Assembly: GCA_964016885.1 (NCBI GenBank)
Contig: OZ024743.1
Location: forward strand, 65,906,001-65,970,000
Origin: Eledone cirrhosa
Taxonomy: Eukaryota
Direction: 5' to 3'
Length of the DNA stretch: 64,000 nucleotides
Made by a program: the position numbers and the translations under genes. Every line of letters starts with the position of its first letter. Position 1 is the stretch's first letter. Below are positions 1 to 11,404 of this stretch, one piece after another. Below the pieces are notes generated by a model that saw only the letters and a program-made list of their open reading frames with translations, ran no database searches and was not told where the DNA came from.

Positions 1-129
1 GAGAGAGAGATGTAAAATCCTGACCGCGGCGCCAAGCGGTTTCGCTTGTGTGTTCAGCAAGCCTTTTCAATATGTATATATATTTATAGCTCCCCACATA
101 TATATATATGTGTAATATATATATATGTG

Positions 130-214
<85 letters not shown>

Positions 215-1194
215 TCATTAGAAAACGTTGAATGTCAGTTATAAAAGATATGTTGGATTGAAATAGAAATAACAGCCTCCTCTCTTTCATATTCGTTTCA
301 TTTTTTATTTCTCCTTGTAATTAATTTTCAAAATGTCTTTCAGATTAAGGTTTCAATTTTGGTCGACATCCAACAGCTTTTCATTTTTTTAAAACTACAT
401 AAACAGTAAAATAGCAGCTGACTTGTTTCATCGTTGTTGTTGTTGTTGATATTTTTTATTACAGGGTTGGTGAAGGGTGAGATTGATGATTCCTTACATT
501 AACCTTGTTAGTTGTGTGGGGTGGGGTTAATGATAAGAAAGTGAAGAAGGAGGAGAATGAGGAGGAGTAGGAGACTGTCGGTTGTCTAATCAACTATAAA
601 TTATATTATTGCGCTTTGGGGAGCCATTAGTCTCTAATCAGACGATAATCAAATTACATTTCTCAAGAGATTCGTCTAAGTGTTTAATTACATATAATAA
701 ACACACTAAGATACATTTCATTTTTGTCAGTTTTCGTTCTGTCTTACCATACAGTTATCTTACGTTATCATTCGGGGCCCAACGAAGGTGCGAACCTCTG
801 TGATTGTTCGACCTGTTAGAAATTGAAACCAAATTCTCCTCAAGATATACCACCATCGACTTAAGAAATTAAAAAAGAAACAACTTATTGGGTGTTGCTT
901 TTAGAGATAGCTCAGATCTTGCGATGATGAAGGCTCGAGAATATTTGGTTATGCATTTGTTCATTCCGACAAGGGTGTAAACAGCAGAAACACCTACAAC
1001 TACAACTAGAACTACAGCAGTAACACAACGATACGAGCTATTTAAGGTTGTGTGGCCACATGGTCGCTCCACCGGCTCACGTATACAGTCAAATCTCTCT
1101 TAAATTAAACACTACCTTTTATAAAAATTAAAAGAATACATTTCCGGTGAATGCTATATGGCTTAGCTCTAATATAGACATTTAGCTCGGGATT

Positions 1195-1281
1195 GGTTCA
1201 GGACCCCGACGGCAAAGCTCAGAATTTAGTCCAGAAATAGCCGTCGAAACGGCTTAAGCTCTGCCGTCGGGGTCCTGAACC
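1195..1281. repeat. Short inverted repeat (about 26-bp arms) of a (TA)n-associated repeat family
   Basis: GGTTCAGGACCCCGACGGCAAAGCT ... AGCTCTGCCGTCGGGGTCCTGAACC; the same sequence family forms the palindrome at 47207-47318. Confidence 0.85.
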
Positions 1282-1287
1282 TTTTCC

Positions 1288-1332
<45 letters not shown>

Positions 1333-1356
1333 GTGTATGTATGTATGTATGTTTGT

Positions 1357-1767
1357 AGGAAAACTCTGATATAACACCTGCAACCCAGATGGTATCCAAT
1401 GATGTTGACTTGTTCTTCTTTTTGGTAAATCTCATTTGGTTAAGAGAGTGGGACTGGCTTTGTGCAGTGCCTTTGCTCACTATAAAAGCTTCACGGCACA
1501 GGCATTGCTTTATATCTGGAGATCTCTGCACTTGTCGTCACATGGTACCATGGGCCCAGCACTATGTGTCAATAATTGTCACAAGTGTAGTGTTTGTACC
1601 AGAGTTTTCAAGTCGCTGGCTGGATAAAAAAGTCACAATCGTTCAGCGCATCGGTAGAGGTTCTCCTACATGGATATAAAGTAGTGGCCGTACTCGAAAA
1701 CGAGTTGGCAGCCACCATGTATGTATGTATGTATGTATGTATGTATGTATGTATGTATGTATGTATG
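1357..1767 (+). mobile_element. Bipartite non-autonomous RTE-type retroelement, 5'-truncated copy A, with (ATGT)n tail
   Basis: Near-identical to copies at 1768, 26878, 35002, 46292 and 48353; ends GTGGCCGTACTCGAAAACGAGTTGGCAGCCACC(ATGT)n. Confidence 0.85.
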
Positions 1768-2373
1768 TCAGGTCACCAGTTGGTGCTACTGGTAACATGT
1801 ATCCCAGTACAACCTGTCTCATGGTCGGGTCGTTGGCGACTAAACTGGCAACCCCACCAAGGTTTCTTGGTAAGGAGGGTGACTTTGGACATCCTGCAGG
1901 ACTAAAAACAAAACCTGTCAAAGGGCAAATGAGCTCTTAAGAGTCAATGGCCATCCAAAATCACCGGGAGAGATGACCCCTTAGCCTTTGTCAAGGCAGA
2001 ATTCTAGGAGAAGGAAAACTCTGATATAACACCTGCAACCCTGATGGTATCCAATGATGTTGACTTGTTCTTCTTTTTGGTAAATATCATCTTGGTTAAG
2101 AGAGTGGGACTGGCTTTGTGCAGTGCCTTTGCTCACTATAAAAGCTTCACGGCACAGGCATTGCTTTATATCTGGAGATCTCTCTGCACTTGTCGTCACA
2201 TGGTACCATGGGCCCAGCACTATGTGTCAATAATTGTCACAAGTGTAGTGTTTGTACCAGAGTTTTCAAGTCGCTGGCTGGACTAAAAAGTCACACTCGT
2301 TCAGCGCTTCAGTAGGGGTTCTCCTACATGGATATAAAGTAGTGGCCGTACTCGAAAACGAGTTGGCAGCCAC

Positions 2374-2376
<3 letters not shown>
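1768..2376 (+). mobile_element. Bipartite non-autonomous RTE-type retroelement, longest copy B (about 610 bp)
   Basis: Middle part resembles the RTE 5'UTR at 42028-42235; the 3' part encodes a relic of the RTE terminal zinc finger (CSVCTRVFKSLAGLKSH) plus the RTE-type 3' stem-loop; sits head-to-tail after copy A. Confidence 0.85.
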
Positions 2377-2447
<71 letters not shown>

Positions 2448-2901
2448 CGTGCGTGTGTGTGTGTTTGTTTATATATATATATAGGCACATGTGCGTGCGC
2501 GTCCTAGCGTGTCATATTTTGTGATTACACAAGTCGAAATAAACCCGGTGTTGTTTATATATCACTTCGACAACAACAGATCGATACAACTCAGAAATAT
2601 ATACCACGTGCGATAATTATCAAGTGAAAGACTTAAAGTGCTGCTTCCAGATACCATGCCGGGATAATAACACTAACAAATGGGATAAAAGCATTGAATA
2701 TCATTTACTAGCAAAAAGTAGGATCGATCTTTTACAGGTACCACCAAATAATAATACAATAAGATAACTTAATAAAGGAATAAAGAAAGAATAAAGCAGC
2801 TTAAACGCAGGTAAGAAACATATAAAGAAAACTGAAACAGCAGTTATATAGAAATAAATAAATACATTAATACAAATACCCATCCGTATATACACCCATA
2901 T

Positions 2902-2949
<48 letters not shown>

Positions 2950-3129
2950 AATAAAAAATGAAACAACATACATAATTAAATACATATATAGATACATACC
3001 CACCTCATATATATATGTGTGTGTGTATGTGGGGGGGGGGGGTATGTATGTGTATATGTTACACTTCCTGGATATATATATATATATATATATACATACA
3101 TACATATATTTATATATATATATAGTTAA

Positions 3130-5035
3130 AGAATGAAGGGTAACATGGTTATCTGTACAATAAGGGCTTTATTTAAAGTACTGACAATTGTTTCGTTGAT
3201 CAGGTGAGTCTAGAGTTCGCTAATCGCTTGAGGTTGCGTCACTTGATCTCCAATACATTATTTACCTCTGTTCAACACATCAGAGTACGTAGATATGAAA
3301 ATAATTCACTCGAGGCAAGACTTATATTGAAAAATAGCGTATAATCAAAACAATAACATCAATAATAAAACATATATGGTAAATAGGTAGAGAAGTTACA
3401 GATGTAAAAAGTAAAAAGTAAAAAGTAAAAAGTAAAAAGTAAAAAGTAAAAGATAAGATAGGGTACATTAAAAAATAAGAAAATGAGAAAATGGAAAATA
3501 TAAAGAAATAAATAAGTGAGAGCGTGTAAGTACATAGTATGTTAGTAGTAGTTTTTGAGTAAGTGTTCTTATAAGGATTCGTTGGTGGGTTTAGTGCTAA
3601 CATGAGAAACCAGATTCGAGATGTACATAGATGCGTGTAGAGGGTCCTATGTAGTGACAGATAAAAGAAAAAACAATAAATTAGAGATTAATTGGTGGAT
3701 ATATAAGATTTATGGGCTAGGGATGACGGAACGTTTGATAAACGCTTGTTGTAAATGTTTTGCTGATTGTTCTATCTTAATGGGGTTGATGCTATTTCAG
3801 GGAGAGAGGGTGAAAGAAATGTTCAGAGATTTATGATCCAGTGACCAGTTGGCCGTTTGAGAGCTAATAGCAGTGCGATGGCGTGTATTCTATATGTTAA
3901 AATCTAGGTGGTTCAGTTCTAATTTTGGGATTGCTGGTTCAAATCATGGTGGTTTGAAGTTTAGTAGAGTTGCCTGAATTTACAGTACACAGGTATACCA
4001 TACTCGAATCCAGGCATCTATTCAGTAGTGGGCACTTATCCGGTAGGTGGCAATTACAATTTGAGGTTTTACTGTGTGCAGGTTCATCGTTGGGGTTTTG
4101 TAAGTTGTTGTGGGTGGGTTGTGATTTAGGCCTATTAATGTTTTGTTGTGATGTGTTCTGATGCGTTTGTGGTTGTGATGTTGTTATGTGTTTGTATTTT
4201 GTATTTGGTGCTATGGTGCATGTTGGTAGGTTAATTTCTTTAGAGATATTTTTGTGGTTGATTTTACGTATGTGTGATTCTATGTTGGCTGGAGTAGAGT
4301 AGGAAAGTTTTATAGTTTTTCTATTAAAGATTTTATGGTATTTATGTAGTGTAGGGAAGTGCTTATCTATTAGTTTAAAGAATGTAGAAGGTAGATTAGT
4401 TTTTATAGAGGAGTTGAATATTGGACCGAACCATAGGTACTTTCTACCTCTGGATCTTCTATAGTTTTTGGAGGTCCTTATATTAGTGTTCTGTTCAGTT
4501 ATTTTTGGTGCTAGTTGTCTAATTCTATGCTTAGTCCTATGCTTATTATTTCTATATGAGCAGGTAGTGTTGTGGTCGTTAGGTTTGTTGTTGTTGTCTC
4601 TATGTATTCCAGCTTCTCCTTATGTCCAGCCTTATGTAAAGCTATGTTATAATAGTTTGCGTGTTCTTTAAACATTTCTAGGTTCGAATATAGGCGGGAT
4701 TTTCTGAGGGATATACTATGGGCTATGGTATTAATTATGGATCGGGGATGGTTTGAGTTATAACTAATGTAGGCTAGATTTCGTTATTCTTATGGAAGTC
4801 CTGTGTTTAGGTTGAGAGTTACATCTAAGAAATTTGCTTCTTTTGAGTCAAGTTCGAAAGTGATACCTAGGCTTAGTTTGTTGAAGAATACTCTAATGTT
4901 TTTTCGTAATTTTTCCATGTTTTGATTATTTACTTGGAGGTTATTGAATTCCTTATGTAAGTTGTGCGCTATATATATTCCCACCAAGTCCGTTACCTGC
5001 GCTGATTCGTTAGATGCCATTGTGATATCGAAGCT
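3130..5035 (-). mobile_element. Degraded Penelope-like element (probably Hydra-type): RT, linker and endonuclease remnants
   Basis: Minus-strand translations FDITMASNESAQVTDLVGIY, ANFLDVTLNLNTG, LWFGPIFNSSIKTN...KLIDKHFP, and linker CNCHLPDKCPLLNRC (CxCx5Cx5C); many stops and deletions; hammerhead motif at the 3' end. Confidence 0.8.
3178..3288 (-). ncRNA. Type I hammerhead ribozyme motif with greatly extended stem II (A9 mutated)
   Basis: Minus strand reads GTACT-CTGATGT-GTTGAACAG...CTGATCAAC-GAAAC-AATT-GTC-AGTAC, giving stem I GTACT/AGTAC, stem III AC-AATT-GU and a GUC cleavage triplet. Confidence 0.7.
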
Positions 5036-5408
5036 ATATATATAATAAATGTAATCTGAGTTTTTCGAATATTAATAATAACATTCGATTCGTTTGCAAT
5101 TATGCAAACAAGCCTCAATTTTATAGCCATGTCAGTTCGCATGCGAACACAAGAGCAAGATTAAATTTATTGTATTCAGCCATGGAGAGCGAAATTTTCT
5201 TTTTTATTTGAATTTTGCAAAGCTGGCCATTTATCGCCCGTATAAAGGAAACTGACTGGCCAGTCTGCAGATTACATTTATTGTATTCAGACATGTAGAG
5301 CGAAATTTTCTTTATATATATATATATATATAAAACCAAAAATAAAACAACATACATAATTAAATACACACATATATATATATATATACATACTCATCGA
5401 CATTTATA

Positions 5409-5480
<72 letters not shown>

Positions 5481-5490
5481 TACATATAGA

Positions 5491-5527
<37 letters not shown>

Positions 5528-5641
5528 TACATATATACATATAGACTGTATATATATATATACATATACATATGACCAAAGATTAATACTGGAATTGTAT
5601 AATCAAGACCGTAGCGGTATGTCATATATCAAATCATATAT

Positions 5642-5701
5642 TTTATCTGATGAAGACGTACTGAAAAAACAACACAGTACCTTTGAAACATATATAATAA
5701 A
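5642..5701 (+). ncRNA. Type I hammerhead ribozyme motif (Penelope pseudo-LTR type)
   Basis: TTTAT-CTGATGA-AGAC-GTACTG-loop-CAGTAC-CTTT-GAAAC-ATAT-ATA-ATAAA; one stem III mismatch; partial second copy at about 47681-47770. Confidence 0.65.
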
Positions 5702-5865
5702 GCATATATTTTGATTATGTGAATATCCTTCATTTGTTAATATTTTGAATAATATATATATATATATATATATGCAGAGGTTATATTTAATTTGTTGGCA
5801 TTCAACAAGCTTAAACATTTTTATAACTCATATAAAGCACTCAATAGATAATTGGAGTAAATACA

Positions 5866-8241
5866 CAATATATTAATAAATGGAAACTATATTTATAAAA
5901 CCATATTTATTTTATTATACATATTTCAAAGGCAACCACGGCAAATTATGGTGCGCGTTCATGAGATAAAATACAGATTTGTTTTATAAATAAATATTGA
6001 CATGTCCGGAAAAAAAAACATCCTTAACGTTTGGAGCTTCCTGGATAGTGGAGATAGTACATTTATTGAGGGTAATACAAAGTTATGAGTGAGTATGCAA
6101 ATGAGTGTCCGAAAGGTTGAAAAGATAACGGTTTATTTAAATTAAACTGTTTGAAGAAGATGATATGTAAGGGAAAGAGAAAAAAAGAGAAGAAAAAAAA
6201 GAAAAAGAAAGGAGAAAGATAGAAGAGGAAAGAAAGAACGATTATACATATTGATAGTGAAGATAGAGTGAATGAAGAAATAAGTTTCAAAGGAGAAATA
6301 TACACAGCGTAAGTATATCTAAGTGAAAGAAGAAATAAGATTAACGTGGAAGAATAATATTTATAATGCAGGGTTCATTACATTTTGATTACAATACTTA
6401 TAATGAAAGGTTGAAAAATTAGATTAGAATAAAAAATAAAAAATAAAAAATAAAAAATAAAAAATAAAAAATAAAAAATAAAAAATAAAAAATCAAAAAT
6501 CAAAAATCAAAAATCAAAAATCAAAAATCAAAAATCAAAAATCAAAAATCAAAAATCAAAAATCAAAAATAAAAAATAAAAAATAAAAAATAAAAAATAA
6601 AAAATAAAAAATAAAAAATAAAAAATAAAAAATAAAAATTAAAGATTAAAATTTGCCTTAATATTAAAGATTTAATTTAATATTAATAATTATATTATAT
6701 TAAGATGTATTAGTAATAATATATTGGTTTAAAAGTGTATGTTAAGGATTATAAATTATTTAAATAAATATATAGTATTTTACATTAGAGAAAATCTAGT
6801 ATATTTTATTTTATTAAAAGTTGTAAGTCAAAATTTAAACATCCAAATAATTCTAAATTTATGAAAAATTTACGACAGTTTACAAACGAATAACCACTTA
6901 ATTATATTATAAAAACAGTAAAGAAGTGTAAAGGAAGTTAGAAGTGATTTTTTAAGATATTAGATGACTCCAAGGATTAAATGTTATAAAGTTAAAAATG
7001 TTATCTTAAGAATATAATTCAAACATGAACCATATGTTATTTTATACGAAGTCAAAAATTTACTTGCTATAAAGTTAAAAAAATTAAAAAAGATTTATCT
7101 TAAGAATATAGTTAAAGCATAAACCATAGGTTATTCCACATATATATAAAAAAACCTATATATAAAAATCATGTTTTTCTACATATATATAAACATTTGG
7201 ATATATATATTAAAAACGTTTGAAGATATAAAAATATTGGAAGATATGAAATTAATGGTTTTTCCATATCTTTCAAAGGAACTTTCAAAACATTTTTCTT
7301 CCTAAAAGCTTCCGCATTCAAGAAAATTTTTTATTAAAGGAGTTTCAAGCAGTCATATAAATAACCTATGGTTATTCCTTTGTAAACTCCCGTAAATTTT
7401 TCATAAATTTAAAATTATTTGGATGTTTAAATTTTGACTTACAACTTTTAATAAAATAAACTATACTAGATTTTCTCTAATGTAAAATACTATATATTTA
7501 TTTAAATAATTTATAATCCTTAACATACACATTTAAACCAATATATTATTACTAATACATCTTAATATAATATAATTATTAATATTAAATTATTAAATTA
7601 AATCTTTAATATTAAGGCAAATTTTAATCTTTAATTTTGAGTTCTAATTTTTTATTTTAATTTTAATCTAATTTTTCAACCTATCATTATAAGTATTGTA
7701 ATCAAAACGTAATGAACCCTGCATTATAAATATTATTCTTCCACGTTAATCTTATTTCTTCTTTCACTTAGATATACTTACGCTGTGTATATTTCTCCTT
7801 TGAAACTTATTTCTTCATTCACTCTATCTTCACTATCAATATGTATAATCGTTCTTTCTTTCCTCTTCTATCTTTCTCCTTTCTTTTTTCTTTTTTTTTC
7901 TTTATTACTTTTTTTTCTCTTTTTCTCTCTCTCCCTTACATATCATCTTCTTCCAACAGTTTAATTTAAATAAACCGTTATCTTTTCAACCTTTCGGACA
8001 CTCATTTGGAAACTCACTCATAATTTTGTATTACCCTCAATAAATGTACTATCTCCACTATCTAGGAAGCTCCAACCGTTAAGGTTGTCTTTTTTCCGGG
8101 TATGTCAATATTTATTTATAAAACAAATCTGTATTTTATTTGATGAAAGCGCACCATAATTTGCCTTGGTTGCCCTTGAAATATGTATAATAAAATAAAT
8201 ATGGTTTTATAAATATAGTTTCCATTTATTAATATATTGTA
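5866..8241. mobile_element. Large foldback structure with arms at about 5866-6896 and about 7369-8241
   Basis: The right arm is the reverse complement of the left along its whole length (e.g. GAGTGTCCGAAAGGTTGAAAAGATAACGG / CCGTTATCTTTTCAACCTTTCGGACACTC); about 470-bp AT-rich spacer; no ORF. Confidence 0.85.
6431..6640. repeat. Heptamer tandem array (TAAAAAA)n/(TCAAAAA)n
   Basis: Directly visible; expanded only in the left arm of the foldback. Confidence 0.95.
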
Positions 8242-8559
8242 TATATATATATATATATATACGTATGTATGCGTGTGTGTTGGTGTATGTGTATGTGTGT
8301 GTGTGTGTGTTTATGTGTGCGTGTGTCTCTGTGTTTGTATGTGTGTGTGTGTATACAGGTATGTGTTTAAAACAATAACTCGAATGCTCTGACAATATAA
8401 TTTGTGACATTGTTGTGTTTATTCCTGGGCGTTTTCTCCTTTTTAGATTTTGTTTTTGTTTTATCATCAACGATGTCATGGTTTTGCTTTGAAGAACACA
8501 GATGTTTACCAGCTGTGTGTTTTTTTGTTGAATCCTTCATTGAAAGTGTTATCATTTAC

Positions 8560-8586
8560 CTCAGCTGGTTTAGCTGGTGGTATCAG
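8560..8586 (-). CDS. Candidate 27-nt host microexon (LIPPAKPAE)
   Basis: Minus strand TTTGTGTACTTTGTCTACAG|CTGATACCACCAGCTAAACCAGCTGAG|GTAAAT; open only in phase 0; no homology recognised. Confidence 0.25.
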
Positions 8587-9184
8587 CTGTAGACAAAGTA
8601 CACAAATAACAGAGAATAAGTGTGCGTGCCTGTGCAATCACGGTTGAGTGCTTAACTCTTTTTCTACCGTATGTTTAACCCTTTTGTTTTATAACAATTC
8701 GCTACAAACGGTGTCTGGTTCCTTGGATCTATTTGTTATATAGTGTTTATATTTGTCTAAAAATATGCTGAATTACCTTTCCTAAAAAAATTTAACCAAA
8801 TAATATTAATAATTGTATACAATACACCAAGACGGTTAATTGGTTGTGTTGTTATAACGTCAGACAAAATGCTTTGTGGTTTTCTTACTGGCTCTCTGAA
8901 TTCGTTCCGGCTCTCTGAATTCTCTGAATTCAAATCCCACTGAGGTCATCTTTGCCTTTTATCTTTTCGAAGACGATATATTCAATTCAGGATTTTGGGC
9001 GATTCTATCACTTTACCAATACCCCTCCCTCTTCTGCTCTGGAAGATGTGGAGGATGCCATATTTAAAGTGTCCTAGGTCTCCATAAATACTTCCGGGTC
9101 CATACATATATTTGTCTAAAAACCTATCATAATCTTTTATAAAAACGTGTTTGATTTATGCTGGTGGTCAACTGGGTTGGTCCC

Positions 9185-11110
9185 ACCCGCCACAAAAGTC
9201 GTTCTACATAGCCCCACAGGTCGGTAACGCCCGGGCAGAGTACAAGTGCGTGTGCGACGGTTTCTTCGTTGCGCACGCATCTCGGACAGATCTTTTTCGA
9301 AGGGTCCCTGCCCGGGCGCCCGTGTCTGTATAGCTTGTCTCGAACTGGTAGAGCTCCTCGGTAGCACTACCAGGCCAGGGACTTTTGGAAGTTGTCCATC
9401 GGTCCCGGGCGGAAGGTCCTACCGAACAGATTGGCCAGTTCGTCCTCCTCTACGCCTAAAGTTTCTCCGAGCGCGTCGTCGCACTTGCTGCGGACCAACC
9501 CTCTATTGAATTACTAAAATGAGAAAATTGTTTATTTTATTGAACACATCCTAATGTTTGATTATTTACAAAACCAACTGAAAATCATAGGGACTACTTT
9601 TCATTTGAAATATTGCAACAAAAAGATTCAGAAGTCTCGAAAGCACGTGGATCCTAGTTCGATCCTATTGCGTTACACTTTTTTTCAATAATTTTGCCCC
9701 ATTTTTTTCAGCAAAATGTTTGAGAAAATTTGTCACATTTCCCATTTTGTTAGGTCAACAAATTTGAAGGAATGGAAATTCGAGTATTTTGATCTAACTA
9801 ATTGGCGAGAATATATTCAGAATACACTTCTGAAAATTGAAAAAAAATTCTTTCCAAAATTCTCTTCCAAAGTTTCTCTGAAAACCTTTTCAAATTTTTT
9901 CTGTGAATTTTATCGAAATTTTTCTGAAAGATTTTCAAAAATCTTCTCAAATATCAAAATTTTTCAAAAATGGTCAAGGAAAATCTTTGATGATGTTTTT
10001 TTAAAAAATTTCGATAAATGTTGACATTTTTTCAAAAATATAAAAAAAAAAAATTACTGAAAGTGGTTCACGTTTTTGCAAAGTTTTTTTCAAACAGTTT
10101 CTTTACAAAACCTGTTTAAATTTTTTCAAAATCTCTTCTCAAAATTTTCTTAACTATTTCCTTAAATTTCAAAATATTCTATTAAAATATTTCACAAAAC
10201 CTTTTTAAAATTTCTTCGGAAATTATTATGATTTTATTTTTTCAAAACTTACTCAAAACTTTCGAGGAATTATTTTTCGAAAACGTTTTTAACATATTTT
10301 CAAAAATATTTAAAAACATTTATCTCAAATATCTTCCTCAAAGTTTTCTATTCGCCTAGAGTTTCTCCGGGCGCGTCGTCGCACTTTCTGCGGATCAACC
10401 CTCTATTGAATCACGAAGTGTAGTCTCCACTGATCGCCAGGTCCGTTTGCCAGAGAGCTGTGAACGCCTGAGCACATTCGATGTGCCAGTCGCCCATTTT
10501 CCTCGGTCTTTGCTTGACCCAGGACTGCAGCTCGGTCAGTGAGACGAGTCGTGGGAATGCTTGCCTCACGAACGGAGCCCACACCGGTTGTCCGGTGAGG
10601 AATACGTGGAGGTGCCGCAGCCTGAGCGCGTGTTTGCGCATCGTCAGCCACGGCATCCCTAGCCCTCCATTTGAAGGGTGTTGGCAGCAGATGGATCTTC
10701 TCACCAAAAGAGCCCGTTTCTTCCAAAGGAATTGGAAGAACGCGCGCTCCATTTTGGTGAGCGTTTGGGCTGGACAAGGCACGACAGTCAAGCGGTAGTA
10801 GATGACGGACGCTATAAAAGTGTTCGCCACCTCCGTTCGACCTTTCAAGGATAGTTTGCATTCGGCCCACTTCTGGGTGAGTGCAAACACCTTGGCCGTC
10901 ACCTCGTTCCAGTTCTTCTCCACCTGGAGGTCCGGACCAAACCAGACCCCGAGCAGCTTTACCGGTCCTTCCGTCCATCGGAAGGCATCGGTTTGCCTCT
11001 CCACGTTCCGAGTTGCAAACCGACGTATTTGTCCCGGTTCAGCTTCGCTCCTGTGAACCTTTCGTATTCCTTCAGTAAGGTGCCGACTCCTCGATTTGCG
11101 AGGTGCTCGA
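9185..11110 (-). mobile_element. Older 5'-truncated L1/Tx1-like LINE fragment, split by an AT-rich insert
   Basis: ORF 10411..11004 (WTEGPVKLLGVWFGPDLQVEKNW...) and 9185-9510 match the C-terminal part of ORF2 at 59273..62701. Confidence 0.9.
9512..10352. other. AT-rich insert rich in TTTTCAAAA-type motifs, flanked by a 59-bp direct duplication of LINE sequence
   Basis: CGCCTA(A/G)AGTTTCTCCG(A/G)GCGCGTCGTCGCAC...CAACCCTCTATTGAAT occurs at about 9453-9511 and about 10353-10411. Confidence 0.75.
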
Positions 11111-11404
11111 CACCAATAGATACATTTCTATTTATTGCCACGAGGGCACAAAAGGAGGGGACAAATACAGGGGGGGGGGGTTACACAAAAGAACGAGTAA
11201 AAAACAGATAACAAATATACAATTAACAATAAAGTCCTCAATCGGGAGGAGGCATTTTGGGGGTCGCACCCCCCCCCGAAAAAGGGTGTAACCCTTCTCA
11301 TCGGGAGCACAGAGAGAGGGTGCTCCCTTGTTTTTCCATCTTTTTCACCTACAGGCAGATATATAGAGAAGGCCCATTCAGACGGACCATTCTCGCCACT
11401 TTCA

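Noticed and set aside
1770-1850. Possible HDV-like ribozyme at the mini-RTE 5' end (CCAGT...GGG-TCG-TTGG-CGA-CTAA-ACTGG)
   Set aside because: P2-, P4- and J4/2-like parts fit, but I could not assign convincing P1, P3 and L3; a consensus and covariance search would be needed
1389-2286. Recurring ORF 'MVSNDVDLFFFLVN...' suggesting a small multigene family
   Set aside because: It is an incidental frame within the mini-RTE repeat, and frames differ between copies
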